64,000 nucleotides of DNA. It comes from Patescibacteria group bacterium (GTDB lineage: Bacteria > Patescibacteriota > Minisyncoccia > Phycocordibacterales > Phycocordibacteraceae). Below, piece by piece: positions 43,211-53,700 of the stretch (positions within the stretch are counted from its first letter, which is position 1; each line of letters opens with the position of its first letter). The stretch spans positions 5,759-69,758 of the forward strand of contig JAIETW010000002.1 of NCBI GenBank assembly GCA_019744845.1, written 5' to 3'. The translations under genes were made by a program, and so were the position numbers. The notes under the pieces were generated by a model. The model had not been told where the DNA came from. It did not search any database and worked only from the letters and a program-made list of their open reading frames with translations.

Positions 43211-44227
43211 ATGACTATCCAAGAACACGTACCACTCGCAAGCCTCACCACCCTTCGTGTGGGCGGCCCTGCGTCGTATGTGGCGACCTGTACGAGTGTA
43301 GAGGATGTGCGTGAAGCACTTGTCTTTGCCAAAGAACATAGCCTTCCATACTACGTACTTGGCGGGGGAAGTAATGTGCTTGCGCCCGATGAGGGATACA
43401 AGGGAGTGATGATCCTGGTGCGGCTTCTGGGACTTGAATATATTGACGAGGGAACGCGAGTGTTGATGAAGTCATCTGCGGGAGAGTCGTGGGATGCGGT
43501 GGTAGAGGAAGCCGCCGCACGCGGACTCTGGGGTATAGAAAACCTCGCGGGGATTCCCGGCACTATTGGTGCGGCACCTATCCAGAACATCGGTGCGTAC
43601 GGCGCAGAGCTAAAAGACACACTTGATTCAGTTGAAGTACTAGATGCAGATACTGGGGAGGTGCGAACTCTTTCTGTAGAGGAATGCGAACTTGCGTATC
43701 GTGATAGTCGTTTTAAACGGGAACCACATCTGATTGTCACCAAAGTTACCTTGGCGCTCCAAAAGAACGGCACACCAAAGATTGAGTACAAAGACTTATT
43801 GAAGGCACAAGAACAGGGCGCTGATCTTTCGTCACCTGCCGCAATAGGGAAGGTGGTGCGTGAGGTGCGTGGTGATAAGTTTCCTGATCTTCGTACGACT
43901 GGCACCGCAGGATCTTTCTTTAAGAATCCCATTTTGACTTCAGAGAAGTACGCTGCGCTTAAAGAGTTGTATGGAGAGGTACCAAGTTTCCCACATCCGC
44001 ACGGTATAAAGATTCCACTTGCGTTTGTGCTTGATCGCGTCCTCAATCTTCGCGGATTCCGCCAAGGACCAGCATGGCTTTTTGGTTCGCAGCCACTTGT
44101 GCTTGCACTTGATCGCGAAGGACGTGCAGAAGATGTTGAATCACTTGCACGACTCGTAGAACAAAAAGTTTTTGACGCGACAGGTATTACGATTGAACGA
44201 GAAGTGCGTTCAATGCCACATGCATAA
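43211..44227 (+). CDS. murB: UDP-N-acetylenolpyruvoylglucosamine reductase
   Basis: LASLTTLRVGGPASY...LGGGSNVL FAD-binding MurB signature. Confidence 0.85.
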   Translation: MTIQEHVPLASLTTLRVGGPASYVATCTSVEDVREALVFAKEHSLPYYVLGGGSNVLAPDEGYKGVMILVRLLGLEYIDEGTRVLMKSSAGESWDAVVEEAAARGLWGIENLAGIPGTIGAAPIQNIGAYGAELKDTLDSVEVLDADTGEVRTLSVEECELAYRDSRFKREPHLIVTKVTLALQKNGTPKIEYKDLLKAQEQGADLSSPAAIGKVVREVRGDKFPDLRTTGTAGSFFKNPILTSEKYAALKELYGEVPSFPHPHGIKIPLAFVLDRVLNLRGFRQGPAWLFGSQPLVLALDREGRAEDVESLARLVEQKVFDATGITIEREVRSMPHA

Positions 44228-44406
44228 AATTTTTCTCGCAAAAACTAAAAACAGTTTTTGAAAAGTTATCCACAGCTCGCGTTTTATTCCAACAAAAAAT
44301 TCTTGCACGCGCAATAATACATATAGAACACATTCGCGCGTAGCACAAAAATGTTTGCGCGAAACGTGGGTCGACATGATCAGTCGTAGTAAATTCTAGA
44401 ATACCT

Positions 44407-44529
44407 ATGGCAGCAAAAAAGAAGGCCGCAAAGAAGACTGCAAAGCGCAAGCCAGCAGCAAAGAAGAAGACCGTCAAGAAGGCCGCAAAGAAGACCACGA
44501 AGCGCAAGACCACCAAGAAGCGCATCTAG
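44407..44529 (+). CDS. Small lysine/alanine-rich basic protein (histone H1-like tail composition)
   Basis: MAAKKKAAKKTAKRKPAAKKKTVKKAAKKTTKRKTTKKRI; sits alone in a 380-bp intergenic gap and is followed by a strong intrinsic terminator. Confidence 0.4.
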   Translation: MAAKKKAAKKTAKRKPAAKKKTVKKAAKKTTKRKTTKKRI

Positions 44530-44546
44530 TGTTACTCTTGAGAAAG

Positions 44547-44578
44547 CACCCCGGGAAATCGGGGTGTTTCCTTTTTAT
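44547..44578 (+). terminator. Rho-independent terminator
   Basis: caccccg-ggaaat-cggggtg followed by TTTCCTTTTTAT. Confidence 0.6.
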
Positions 44579-44612
44579 ATACCGCTAGAAGAAAGGCTTT
44601 ATACGAGGTATA

Positions 44613-47147
44613 GTGAGCCCCATTATGGCAAGTTTCCTTGGGCGGATGTTCAATAAGAACCAGTCCTCGGCCTTTATTAAGGCTGCGGGATCGCTCGTCA
44701 CGAAGGCGGGGGCACTTTCAGGTACCCTAGAGGCCCTTTCTCGGGAAGAGCTTGCGGCACGCCTCAAAGAGGTACGGGAGCGTACGGGCGGTGTTCCGGA
44801 AAGCGACGCCGACATCGCAGAAGTATTTGCACTCGTACGAGAAAGTTCTCGTCGTACACTTAAGGAGCGTCACTACGACGTGCAGCTTATTGGTGGTCTT
44901 GCGCTTGCGCGAGGAAAGATTGCAGAGATGCGCACCGGAGAAGGAAAGACGCTGGTGGCTACTCTTGCTGCCACCCTCCACGCCCTTGCAGGTAAGGGAG
45001 TCCATATTGTGACGGTGAACGATTATCTCGCACGTCGTGACGGTGCGTGGATGGGACAGATCTACGGCTATCTCGGTCTTTCAGTAGGGGTCGTGACCTC
45101 AACTGGCGCATATCTGTATGATCCTTCGCATACAGAGTCAGCTGAAGATGTGAAGCGCGATGAAGAGGGTTCATTCCGCGTGTTCTATGACTTCCTTCGC
45201 CCCGTTTCTAAGAAGGAAGCCTACGCGGCCGATATCACGTACGCGACCAACAACGAATTAGGTTTTGATTATCTTCGTGATAATACCGCGTACGAGCCAG
45301 CGCAGATCATGACGCGCGGTTGTCACTACGCAATCATAGACGAAATAGACTCCATTCTTATAGATGAGGCCCGTACTCCTCTTATCATCTCTGGTCCTGC
45401 AGAAGATTCCGGCGGTCTCTATGAGCGATTCTCCAAAATTATCGTTGGATTTGTGCCTGAAGAGGACTACGTAGTTGATGAAAAGCTTAAGGCTGTCCAG
45501 ATTACGGAAAACGGCATACGAAAAGCAGAAGAAGCGCTAGGGATAGAGAACCTCTACACCGAAGGGGGAATGAAGTATGCGCATCACCTTGAGACGGCAG
45601 TGCGTGCAAAGGCGCTCTTTGTGAAAGATAAGGAGTATGTGGTGAAGGACGGCGAGGTAATTATTGTGGATGAATTTACTGGCCGCCTTCAGCCAGGTCG
45701 TCGCTGGTCCGAAGGACTTCACCAGGCCGTGGAAGCAAAGGAGGGTGTTCCAGTCCGTAAGGAGAGTCGCACGTACGCGTCCGTGACCTTCCAGAACTAC
45801 TTCCGTATGTACACCAAGATTGCGGGCATGACGGGTACTGGTCTTTCCGCAGAAGAGGAGTTTTATACCGTGTATGCACTGGAGGTAGTATCAGTCCCTA
45901 CAAATCGCCCTGTCGCTCGTAAGGACCATGACGATCTTATCTTTCAAAGTAATCAGGGGAAGTATCGTGCGCTTACGAAACAAATTCGTGCACTCCATGA
46001 CAAAGGGCAACCAGTTCTTATAGGAACCGTCTCCATTGAAGACAACGAAGTGGTGAGCCGCTATCTTACTGAAGCGAATATCCCGCACGAGGTGTTGAAC
46101 GCCAAGAACCACGAACGTGAAGGAGAGATCATTGCTCAGGCAGGACGAAAGGCGAAGGTGACCGTCGCGACGAACCTCGCCGGTCGTGGAGTGGACATTA
46201 AGCTTGGTGGCGCACCGAGTGCTCCTGACACCTATAAGGAGGTGGTGGAGCTTGGGGGATTGGTAGTGATCGGAACCGAGCGGCATGAAGCACGCCGTAT
46301 TGATGACCAGCTCCGTGGTCGTTCAGGACGTCAAGGAGACCCGGGTGAAACCCGATTCTATGTATCGCTTGAAGATAAGCTTATGCGCGTGTTTGCATCT
46401 GACATGTTGAAGAGAGTGATGGGTACGTTCAAGATTCCTGAGGACGAGCCTATTGAAAGCCCCCTTATTACTCGTTCTCTTGAGACCGCCCAGAAGCGTA
46501 TTGAAGGATTCAACTTTGATGCTCGTAAGCAAATCCTTGCCTACGACGATGTGATGAACACACAGCGTTTGGCCATTTACGCACGTCGTACCCGTGCGCT
46601 CTCCGCTCCTCCTGAGGAAATAGATGCACTTGTACGTGAGCTTATTGCAGGTGACGAGAATGCCCTCAAAGCCTATGAGGCAAAGCGTACCGAGTATGGC
46701 GTAGAAGTAACTACGGCGCTCATGCGAAGACTCGTGCTTCAAATCACCGATATGCTCTGGCTAGAGCAGCTTGAGGCGATGGACTACCTTCGTCGCAGTG
46801 TCTCCCTTCGTGCGTACGGTCAGCGTGACCCGCTGCTTGAGTATCGTCGGGAAGGGCTCATGCGCTTCCAGCATATGGAGGAAAATATTGCACAGAACTT
46901 CCGTGATGCACTTCCACGTGTACAGGCTGCAGACGAAGCAAAGATTCGTGCCGCAGAGGAGAAGGCTCGTCAGGCCGTGCTTGCGGCAAGTGAAGCAGGA
47001 GCAGGTGGAGCACAGGGTCCAGTCGTGAAAGGGGAGATGCCAGGGCGCAACGATACAGTTACTATTCGTAATGGAGAAGAGACACGCACCATGAAATACA
47101 AAAAAGCAGAACCCTTCATTGCAGAAGGGTGGGAACTCGTACGCTAA
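44613..47147 (+). CDS. secA: Preprotein translocase ATPase SecA
   Basis: DEAD-like motor motifs (MRTGEGKTLVATL, DEIDSILIDEARTPLIISG) and SecA wing/scaffold regions; 844 aa. Confidence 0.9.
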   Translation: MSPIMASFLGRMFNKNQSSAFIKAAGSLVTKAGALSGTLEALSREELAARLKEVRERTGGVPESDADIAEVFALVRESSRRTLKERHYDVQLIGGLALARGKIAEMRTGEGKTLVATLAATLHALAGKGVHIVTVNDYLARRDGAWMGQIYGYLGLSVGVVTSTGAYLYDPSHTESAEDVKRDEEGSFRVFYDFLRPVSKKEAYAADITYATNNELGFDYLRDNTAYEPAQIMTRGCHYAIIDEIDSILIDEARTPLIISGPAEDSGGLYERFSKIIVGFVPEEDYVVDEKLKAVQITENGIRKAEEALGIENLYTEGGMKYAHHLETAVRAKALFVKDKEYVVKDGEVIIVDEFTGRLQPGRRWSEGLHQAVEAKEGVPVRKESRTYASVTFQNYFRMYTKIAGMTGTGLSAEEEFYTVYALEVVSVPTNRPVARKDHDDLIFQSNQGKYRALTKQIRALHDKGQPVLIGTVSIEDNEVVSRYLTEANIPHEVLNAKNHEREGEIIAQAGRKAKVTVATNLAGRGVDIKLGGAPSAPDTYKEVVELGGLVVIGTERHEARRIDDQLRGRSGRQGDPGETRFYVSLEDKLMRVFASDMLKRVMGTFKIPEDEPIESPLITRSLETAQKRIEGFNFDARKQILAYDDVMNTQRLAIYARRTRALSAPPEEIDALVRELIAGDENALKAYEAKRTEYGVEVTTALMRRLVLQITDMLWLEQLEAMDYLRRSVSLRAYGQRDPLLEYRREGLMRFQHMEENIAQNFRDALPRVQAADEAKIRAAEEKARQAVLAASEAGAGGAQGPVVKGEMPGRNDTVTIRNGEETRTMKYKKAEPFIAEGWELVR

Positions 47148-47150
47148 CCT

Positions 47151-48134
47151 ATGGCTTTCGTTGATGAAATTCGGATACACGCACAAGCAGGACACGGAGG
47201 TCCGGGTGTAGTCCGCTGGGCGCATACCAAAGAAAAGGCGAAGGCAGGACCATGTGGTGGTGACGGAGGGCGCGGTGGTGACATCATCCTTGAAGGTGTG
47301 CGTGATCTTGCGGCACTTGCGTCATATCGTTTTACCAAGAAGTTTCGTGCAGAAAATGGAAAACCAGGCGGAGGAAATAATAAGCACGGTAAAGATGCAG
47401 AACCAATCGTGCTTCGTGTACCTGTCGGAACCGTCGCAAAAGTGACGACGACGGGTGAAGTGTATGAGATTCTTTCAGAAGGCCAGAGCGTAGTGATCTT
47501 TAAGGGAGGTCCGGGAGGATATGGGAACGCCCGCTTCAAAAGCTCTACAAACCAGAATCCTTTCCACACCACGAAGGGGAAACCGGGAGGGGTTGGGGAT
47601 ATCCACATTACCCTCAAATTGATCGCTGATGCGGGTCTTATAGGCTACCCGAACGCCGGTAAGTCCTCTCTATTGAACGCGCTTACCCGCGCGAGCTCCA
47701 AGGTGGGCGCCTACCCATTTACGACCCTTGACCCTCATCTCGGGGACTTCTATGGGCGTCTTCTCGCCGATATTCCAGGACTTATTGAAGGCGCATCGTC
47801 CGGGAAAGGCCTCGGCTCCAGGTTCTTGAGGCACATAGAACGCACTGGATTGCTTGTACATCTCGTCTCGTCTGAGCAAGAAGACCCTATCTTGGCGTAT
47901 AAAAAGATACGCGCTGAACTTGAAGCCTTTGGACAGGGTCTCGGCGAAAAGAGGGAGCTTGTCGTTCTTTCTAAGGCGGACCTCCTTACCCCCGAGAAAC
48001 GGGGAAATATACAGGAAGACATGCAGAAGGCCATAGGGAAGGATGTGGTCCTTTTGTCAGTAGAGGATTCAGAGCTGTTGAAGGCTTTTGCCGATCGCCT
48101 CACCAAAGAGCTCTCACAAGGGGAGGGGAAGTAG
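47151..48134 (+). CDS. obg: GTPase Obg
   Basis: Gly-rich Obg fold N-terminus (GGDGGRGGDIIL) plus G-domain GYPNAGKSSLL. Confidence 0.85.
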   Translation: MAFVDEIRIHAQAGHGGPGVVRWAHTKEKAKAGPCGGDGGRGGDIILEGVRDLAALASYRFTKKFRAENGKPGGGNNKHGKDAEPIVLRVPVGTVAKVTTTGEVYEILSEGQSVVIFKGGPGGYGNARFKSSTNQNPFHTTKGKPGGVGDIHITLKLIADAGLIGYPNAGKSSLLNALTRASSKVGAYPFTTLDPHLGDFYGRLLADIPGLIEGASSGKGLGSRFLRHIERTGLLVHLVSSEQEDPILAYKKIRAELEAFGQGLGEKRELVVLSKADLLTPEKRGNIQEDMQKAIGKDVVLLSVEDSELLKAFADRLTKELSQGEGK

Positions 48135-48152
48135 CCCCCAGGGCTGCCTCTG

Positions 48153-49556
48153 GTGTACACTCCCTTTATGAGTGCCTACCGTCCAACTATCGGACTTGAA
48201 ATACACGCCGAATTGAAGACCAGAACAAAGATGTTCTGTGACTGTCGGAATGACCCTGACGAGAAGGAGGTCAATGCGCATGTCTGTCCAATATGTCTCG
48301 CACATCCAGGCACATTGCCGACTGCAAACAAAGAAGCAGTGCGACACGTACTTCGTGTAGGTACTGCGCTCGGAGGAACACTTGCGGACTACACGGAGTT
48401 TGATCGCAAAAGTTATTTCTACCCTGACATACCGAAGGGATATCAAATCAGTCAGTACGAGCGTCCGCTTGTTTCTGGAGGAGAGTTGTCCGGGGTACAA
48501 ATTACTCGTATTCATCTGGAAGAGGATACGGCGCGATCAATGCATGCGGATGATTCTTCACTTGTAGATTTTAATCGTGCAGGGGTCCCACTCATGGAGT
48601 TGGTGACTGAGCCCGTGATTCATGACGCTAAGACCGCAGCAAATTTTGCGCGTGATCTCCAACTACTCCTTCGCACTCTTGGCGCCTCTGATGCAAATCT
48701 AGAAAAAGGTGAAATGCGTGTAGAGGCAAACATCTCAGTTTCTAAAGGAGAAGAACTTGGAACAAAAGTAGAAGTAAAAAATCTTAATTCCTTCCGTTCA
48801 GTTGAGCGTGCTATCGCTTTTGAGGTAGAGAGACAAATTGCACTACTTGAAAAGGGGGAGGTGGTCATACAGGCAACACGAGGATGGAACGAAGATAAGC
48901 AGCAGACATTCCATCAGCGCTCAAAAGAGGGGAGTGCAGACTATCGTTATTTCCCAGAACCAGATCTTCCTAAACTGAAACTTTCCGAACTCTCAGAATT
49001 CTCTTCTGAAACATTGCGTGCATCTTTGCCTGAACTTCCATGGGAACGTGTCGCACGATACGAACGCGAATTTAAACTTAAATCATCAGATAGTGCATTC
49101 ATTGTCAGCGATCTAGATCGTATTGTGTTTGCTGATCGTGTACTCGGTCTTGCAAAGAATGAAAGAGAAATAGAACTTTCAGTGAACTATTTTGTATCAG
49201 ATCTCGCAGGCACGCCTGGCAACGTAACGCCGGAGGCCTATGTTGCGCTCATGCGTCTTGCCGCGTCTGATGCACTTTCTTCACGAGGTACGAAGGAGGT
49301 ACTTGCGATTATGGTAGTAAGCGGGGGAGACCCAGAACAAATTGCAAAGGAGAAAGGTCTTATGCAGATAAGCAGCAAGGAAGATCTCCGGTCAGCGATT
49401 GAGACAGTCTTGAAGGAGCATGCAGCCGTTGTCACACAGTACAAGGAAGGGAAGGAGTCGTCACTTCAGTTCTTGGTGGGCCAGGGAATGAAGGCTACAA
49501 AGGGAGCGGGCAACCCAGCAGTAATAAAGGGGCTCATTGAGGAACTTTGTCGCTAG
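48153..49556 (+). CDS. gatB: Asp/Glu-tRNA amidotransferase subunit B
   Basis: PTIGLEIHAELKTRTKMFCDC... GatB/GatE catalytic domain. Confidence 0.85.
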   Translation: MYTPFMSAYRPTIGLEIHAELKTRTKMFCDCRNDPDEKEVNAHVCPICLAHPGTLPTANKEAVRHVLRVGTALGGTLADYTEFDRKSYFYPDIPKGYQISQYERPLVSGGELSGVQITRIHLEEDTARSMHADDSSLVDFNRAGVPLMELVTEPVIHDAKTAANFARDLQLLLRTLGASDANLEKGEMRVEANISVSKGEELGTKVEVKNLNSFRSVERAIAFEVERQIALLEKGEVVIQATRGWNEDKQQTFHQRSKEGSADYRYFPEPDLPKLKLSELSEFSSETLRASLPELPWERVARYEREFKLKSSDSAFIVSDLDRIVFADRVLGLAKNEREIELSVNYFVSDLAGTPGNVTPEAYVALMRLAASDALSSRGTKEVLAIMVVSGGDPEQIAKEKGLMQISSKEDLRSAIETVLKEHAAVVTQYKEGKESSLQFLVGQGMKATKGAGNPAVIKGLIEELCR

Positions 49557-49611
49557 AGGCAACTGTTCACAATCTCTTATATCCGAGATAAAAAACGTAT
49601 ATACTTCCTAC

Positions 49612-50367
49612 ATGGATGATCTCGTTATAGAAGGCAAAACATACCTCTCCTCTAAGCGTGCTGCTGAGGTAACAGGATATGCAAAAGACTATGTTGGTCA
49701 GCTCTGCAGAGAGGGGCGTGTAGAGGCACGGCTTGTAGGGCGTAGTTGGTATGTGCTCGAACAGTCAATAAGAGAGCATCGTTTTGGTACTCCTGAGAAA
49801 GAAGTAGAGACTCAGGTAGTTCAGGCACCAATAGAGGAGAGGGTGGCAGAGGAAGAGGCATCTCCTTGGAATTCACCGAAATACATTAGCGAAGATGTAG
49901 CCCCCCTCCCAGAACTTAGACCTAAACTTGTTATAGATAAGTCACTCAACCTTCTTGCACGAACTGATGCATCCGACATAACTAGATTTGAGGCTCTAAA
50001 AATAGAAGAAGAGGAATCTCGTCTTTCCGAGGAAGTGTTGGTAGAAAAAATGGAAGTAGACGGTGCAAAAGAGGAAGATCAAGAGGTCAATATCGCAATA
50101 CATAAGGTACCCGAAGTAGAGAGAGAGCCAACTGCCTTCGTTGCTCCTTTGTCTAGGGAAAAAGAGGTAAAAAAGCCCTTACAAGACCGCCGACAGCAAA
50201 AAAAGAGAGGAAGTAACCTGGTGCATACATCAATTTTGATCGGAATAGCAATAATCTCCATCGCTGTGATACTTATAGGGACAGGCTACATAGACAGTGC
50301 ACCGTTTGAAGGACAAGAGGAAAGTATAATTGATTTTCTCGGTGGAAAGAGTTTCTATTCTAAATAA
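49612..50367 (+). CDS. Membrane-tethered protein with N-terminal excisionase-like HTH (HTH_17-like) domain, acidic linker and C-terminal TM helix
   Basis: LSSKRAAEVTGYAKDYVGQLCREGRVEARLVGRSWYV fits the HTH_17 pattern and is about 45% identical to the N-terminus of the giant gene at 50706; TM LVHTSILIGIAIISIAVILIGTGYI near C-terminus. Start taken at ATG 49612. Confidence 0.55.
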   Translation: MDDLVIEGKTYLSSKRAAEVTGYAKDYVGQLCREGRVEARLVGRSWYVLEQSIREHRFGTPEKEVETQVVQAPIEERVAEEEASPWNSPKYISEDVAPLPELRPKLVIDKSLNLLARTDASDITRFEALKIEEEESRLSEEVLVEKMEVDGAKEEDQEVNIAIHKVPEVEREPTAFVAPLSREKEVKKPLQDRRQQKKRGSNLVHTSILIGIAIISIAVILIGTGYIDSAPFEGQEESIIDFLGGKSFYSK

Positions 50368-50689
50368 TATATACAAAGTATCTTGTCTCGTTTGATCAAG
50401 AATTTAATAAAAATAGATATTAGTATAATTTTGCGAATTTATTGAAGTATTTTTTACTTAATATCAAGTTCTTAGTTTAAAAATGTATCTTTTTGTCTTA
50501 TTCTTTTGTTTCTATTCATACTCTTGGGAAAGGTAAGTAACATAACTTGAAATACCATCGTTTTTTGAAGAATTCTTATTTTTACTCATAAAATATTTTT
50601 CCAATAATTAATTTTTTGTTTACAAAACTATCCCCATAAAAATAAGAAATCTTTAAACGAAATTGAAGCAAGTGGCGTACAATATGAGT

Positions 50690-50701
50690 AGGTCGGATAT
50701 C
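50690..50701. promoter_or_regulatory. Perfect 12-bp palindrome TCGGATATCCGA abutting the giant-gene start codon
   Basis: gtaggTCGGATATCCGAtATG; operator or translation-sequestering hairpin candidate. Confidence 0.3.
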
Positions 50702-50705
50702 CGAT

Positions 50706-53700
50706 ATGTCTACTCCACCCAACGCAAAATTGATCTCAACTAAGTTGGCATCAGAAATTTCTGGTTATCATCCAGATTACATTGCGCGACTTTGTCGTTC
50801 AGGAAAAATTGTTTCTGTTCAGTTTGGAAGAAGTTGGCTGGTAGATCGTGAGTCACTTACTTCTTTCTCCAAGGCTCAAGATAAAAAGAAAAAAGAAATT
50901 GCACACGAACTTTCAAAAACTAGAGAACTTGAATACAAGACCGCACGAAAGGGAACAGTTTCCTTATCGTCGTCGCGCAAATCATTCATCACACGTCCTC
51001 AGAGACGTACTGTAGGAACATTTAGAGATAATGCGGTTGCGACGCTTGTAACACTTCTCATTGGCCTTTCAGGCCTCTATGGCTTTCAGTCTGGAGTTGC
51101 TGAATCTATCGGGAATCAGAGCCTCAGACTTGTTTCCGAGACTGCTGAAGGAGTACGTCTAATTGCAGAGGATCTTTTTGTACTTCCAGAGCAAGAGGAC
51201 TTTACTTTCACACTTGAAACAGATCATGTGTTCCGAACTTCTTCTGCAAGACCCCTTTTTCTTCCTGAGGTCCATGTGGCCGATGTAGGTACAAAGAACC
51301 TAGCAATGTCGGATTCCGATATTGCAGCCGTCATTGATGCTCAGGTGTCTAGTCACTCTGCTTCTTCTTTGACGGCTTCTGTTGGAACTATTGCCTTAGA
51401 CCCTACAATAGTTCTTGACACTATTTCTTCGTTTGATCCGATACATATATATATAGGTTCGGGAGAAGTGGTGAGAGAGACGATATTTGGGATACTGGAA
51501 GGATATTCCCAAGGAGTAGTAAGAGGTGCAGACGCATGGATTTCTGGAGGAAGTGAGATTCGGACCTGGTTATTGGCCGTCGCTAATTACGGCCTGACTC
51601 AGGAACTTGCGCTTGGGTCTGAGTTTAACCGCCTGTCTCAGAATCTACTTAACTCATACGAGCAAGGTCTTTATGCCTACGTACAGGAAAGTCGTGGGTG
51701 GCCAGTACATGTTGTCACTGCAACTCACACACTAGGGGGTGTTCTCGGTACTTTGGCACAGGAAATCCCAGACTCAATTGCCAGTTACTATGATCAGGGT
51801 ATCGTTGCGTGGGTCTTGGGAACGCAGGAGGTCGCGGAGGAAGGTAAGGGTGCACTTTTGGCTCTGGGAGAAGCTATATATGGTGCGGGCTCGGAGATAC
51901 AAGAAGCACATATGGCTCTTATACAAGGAACGGGGCTTCTTGCGTATGAGGGCATGGAGAATGTATCGGTCGCGGTCGCAAGTAGGGCCACCACAGTAGC
52001 TACTGCATTTAGTGCCACCTCTGCTAAGGAGGAACCAATTGCATTGGTAGCCGAAGAGCAGTATGCAGACACCTCTTATATGGCTACGACACAACCAGCT
52101 GCAACAGTACTTGCAGCGGAAGGTGCAGAAACTCAAACTAATCCTTTCTACTCTTTTGGAGAAGATCTTGCGCTTTATACCTATACGACGATCAATGACC
52201 TGTTTTACAAGGGACTTACTGTTGTTGCGTCATTCTTTGAACCTCAAGTTGCAATAGTACTGCCTGTACCTACACCGACGGTGGTAGAGAGTTCTCCAGC
52301 AGGTACGAGTTCTTCGTATTCAATAATTTCACAAACACCCGTTCAAAATGTGGTAAATCAAATTACTATTCAAGGTGTGTCGTATGACGTGTTGAATCAA
52401 CGTCTTGCAGAGTTACGACGCACTGTATCAAATGATATTTACGACAGTATTGATAACAATGATAGTGGCGGTGGGGGTGGAGGAAGTGTGAACTCTGTAG
52501 ACATTTCTGGCGGTACAACTGGATTTACGTTTGCGGGAGGTCCTATCACTTCTTCTGGCACAATTACTCTTTCCGGTACGCTTGGTGCAGAGAATGGAGG
52601 AACAGGACAATCAACCTATACCACAGGCGACATTCTGTACGCATCTAACGCAACCACGCTTTCTAAGTTGGGTGTGGGCGCTGCAGGGCAGGTGCTAAAA
52701 GTTGTTGGTGGTGTCCCTACGTGGGCAGCAGATATCACAGGTAGTGGTGGAGCGGGAGCATGGGCGACAAGTACTGACGATCTGTTTATTTCTCCTGCTG
52801 ACATTACCGATGTGGTGCTGATTGGTGCAGCGGCTACCACCACCACGGGGAATATTTTTGAAGTTGCTGGGAATTCACTCTTCCGTGGTTCGTTGATCTC
52901 CTACAACACCATTACCGCACCTATATTTACCTCTACCTCCACTACGGCAACTTCTACTCTTCCGAACACACAGATTACAAATCTTCTTATCGGTGGTGAC
53001 TACTTCACAGAATTTGTAGGTACAGGCCTTGCACTGTCTGGCTCCACACTCACTACCACACTTGGAACTTCAGTTGATATTGCAACAGAAGTTTCCGGTC
53101 TTGCCGCAGGAATCGCAAGCTGGCTCGGCACACCGTCATCTGCCAACCTCGCCACTGCAGTGACGGATGAGACGGGAAGTGGTGCATTAGTCTTTGGTAC
53201 CTCACCAACTCTTACGACGCCAAACCTCGGCACCCCATCTGCCGTCACGCTTACGAACGCAACTGGTCTTCCGATTTCAACGGGCGTCTCAGGTCTCGGT
53301 GCAGGTATTGCAACTTGGCTCGGCACTCCGTCTAGTGCCAATCTTGCAACTGCGCTTACAGATGAAACAGGTTCTGGTGCCGCAGTATTTGCAACAAGCC
53401 CTACATTGGTCACACCCAACCTCGGTACACCGTCTGCAGTAACACTCACTAATGCAACCGGTCTCCCGATCGTTGGTGGTACGACCGGTACTCTCTCTGT
53501 GGCCCGCGGGGGCACTGGCACTACTACTGCACCTTCTGGACAAGTGTTGTACGGAGGTGGAAGCGGTGTGTACCAGAGTGTCGCTACAACCTCAGCTACC
53601 ATTGGGTCCGGTCTTTCGTACTCTGGGACCTTCGGTGCTCTTCTTGGAGGAGTCGCAGGAACACTTTCTCTGAACGCGACTGGGGACTGGACCGGAACCT

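Noticed and set aside
43351-44241. 296-aa minus-strand ORF
   Set aside because: Antisense to murB; Ser/Arg/Pro-rich.
44228-44406. Canonical sigma70 promoter for the small basic gene
   Set aside because: Several TTGNNN and TATNNN candidates, but none with proper spacing.
44187-44525. 112-aa minus-strand Phe/Ala-rich ORF
   Set aside because: Mirror image of the K/A-rich small gene (AAG/GCN read as CTT/NGC), not an independent gene.
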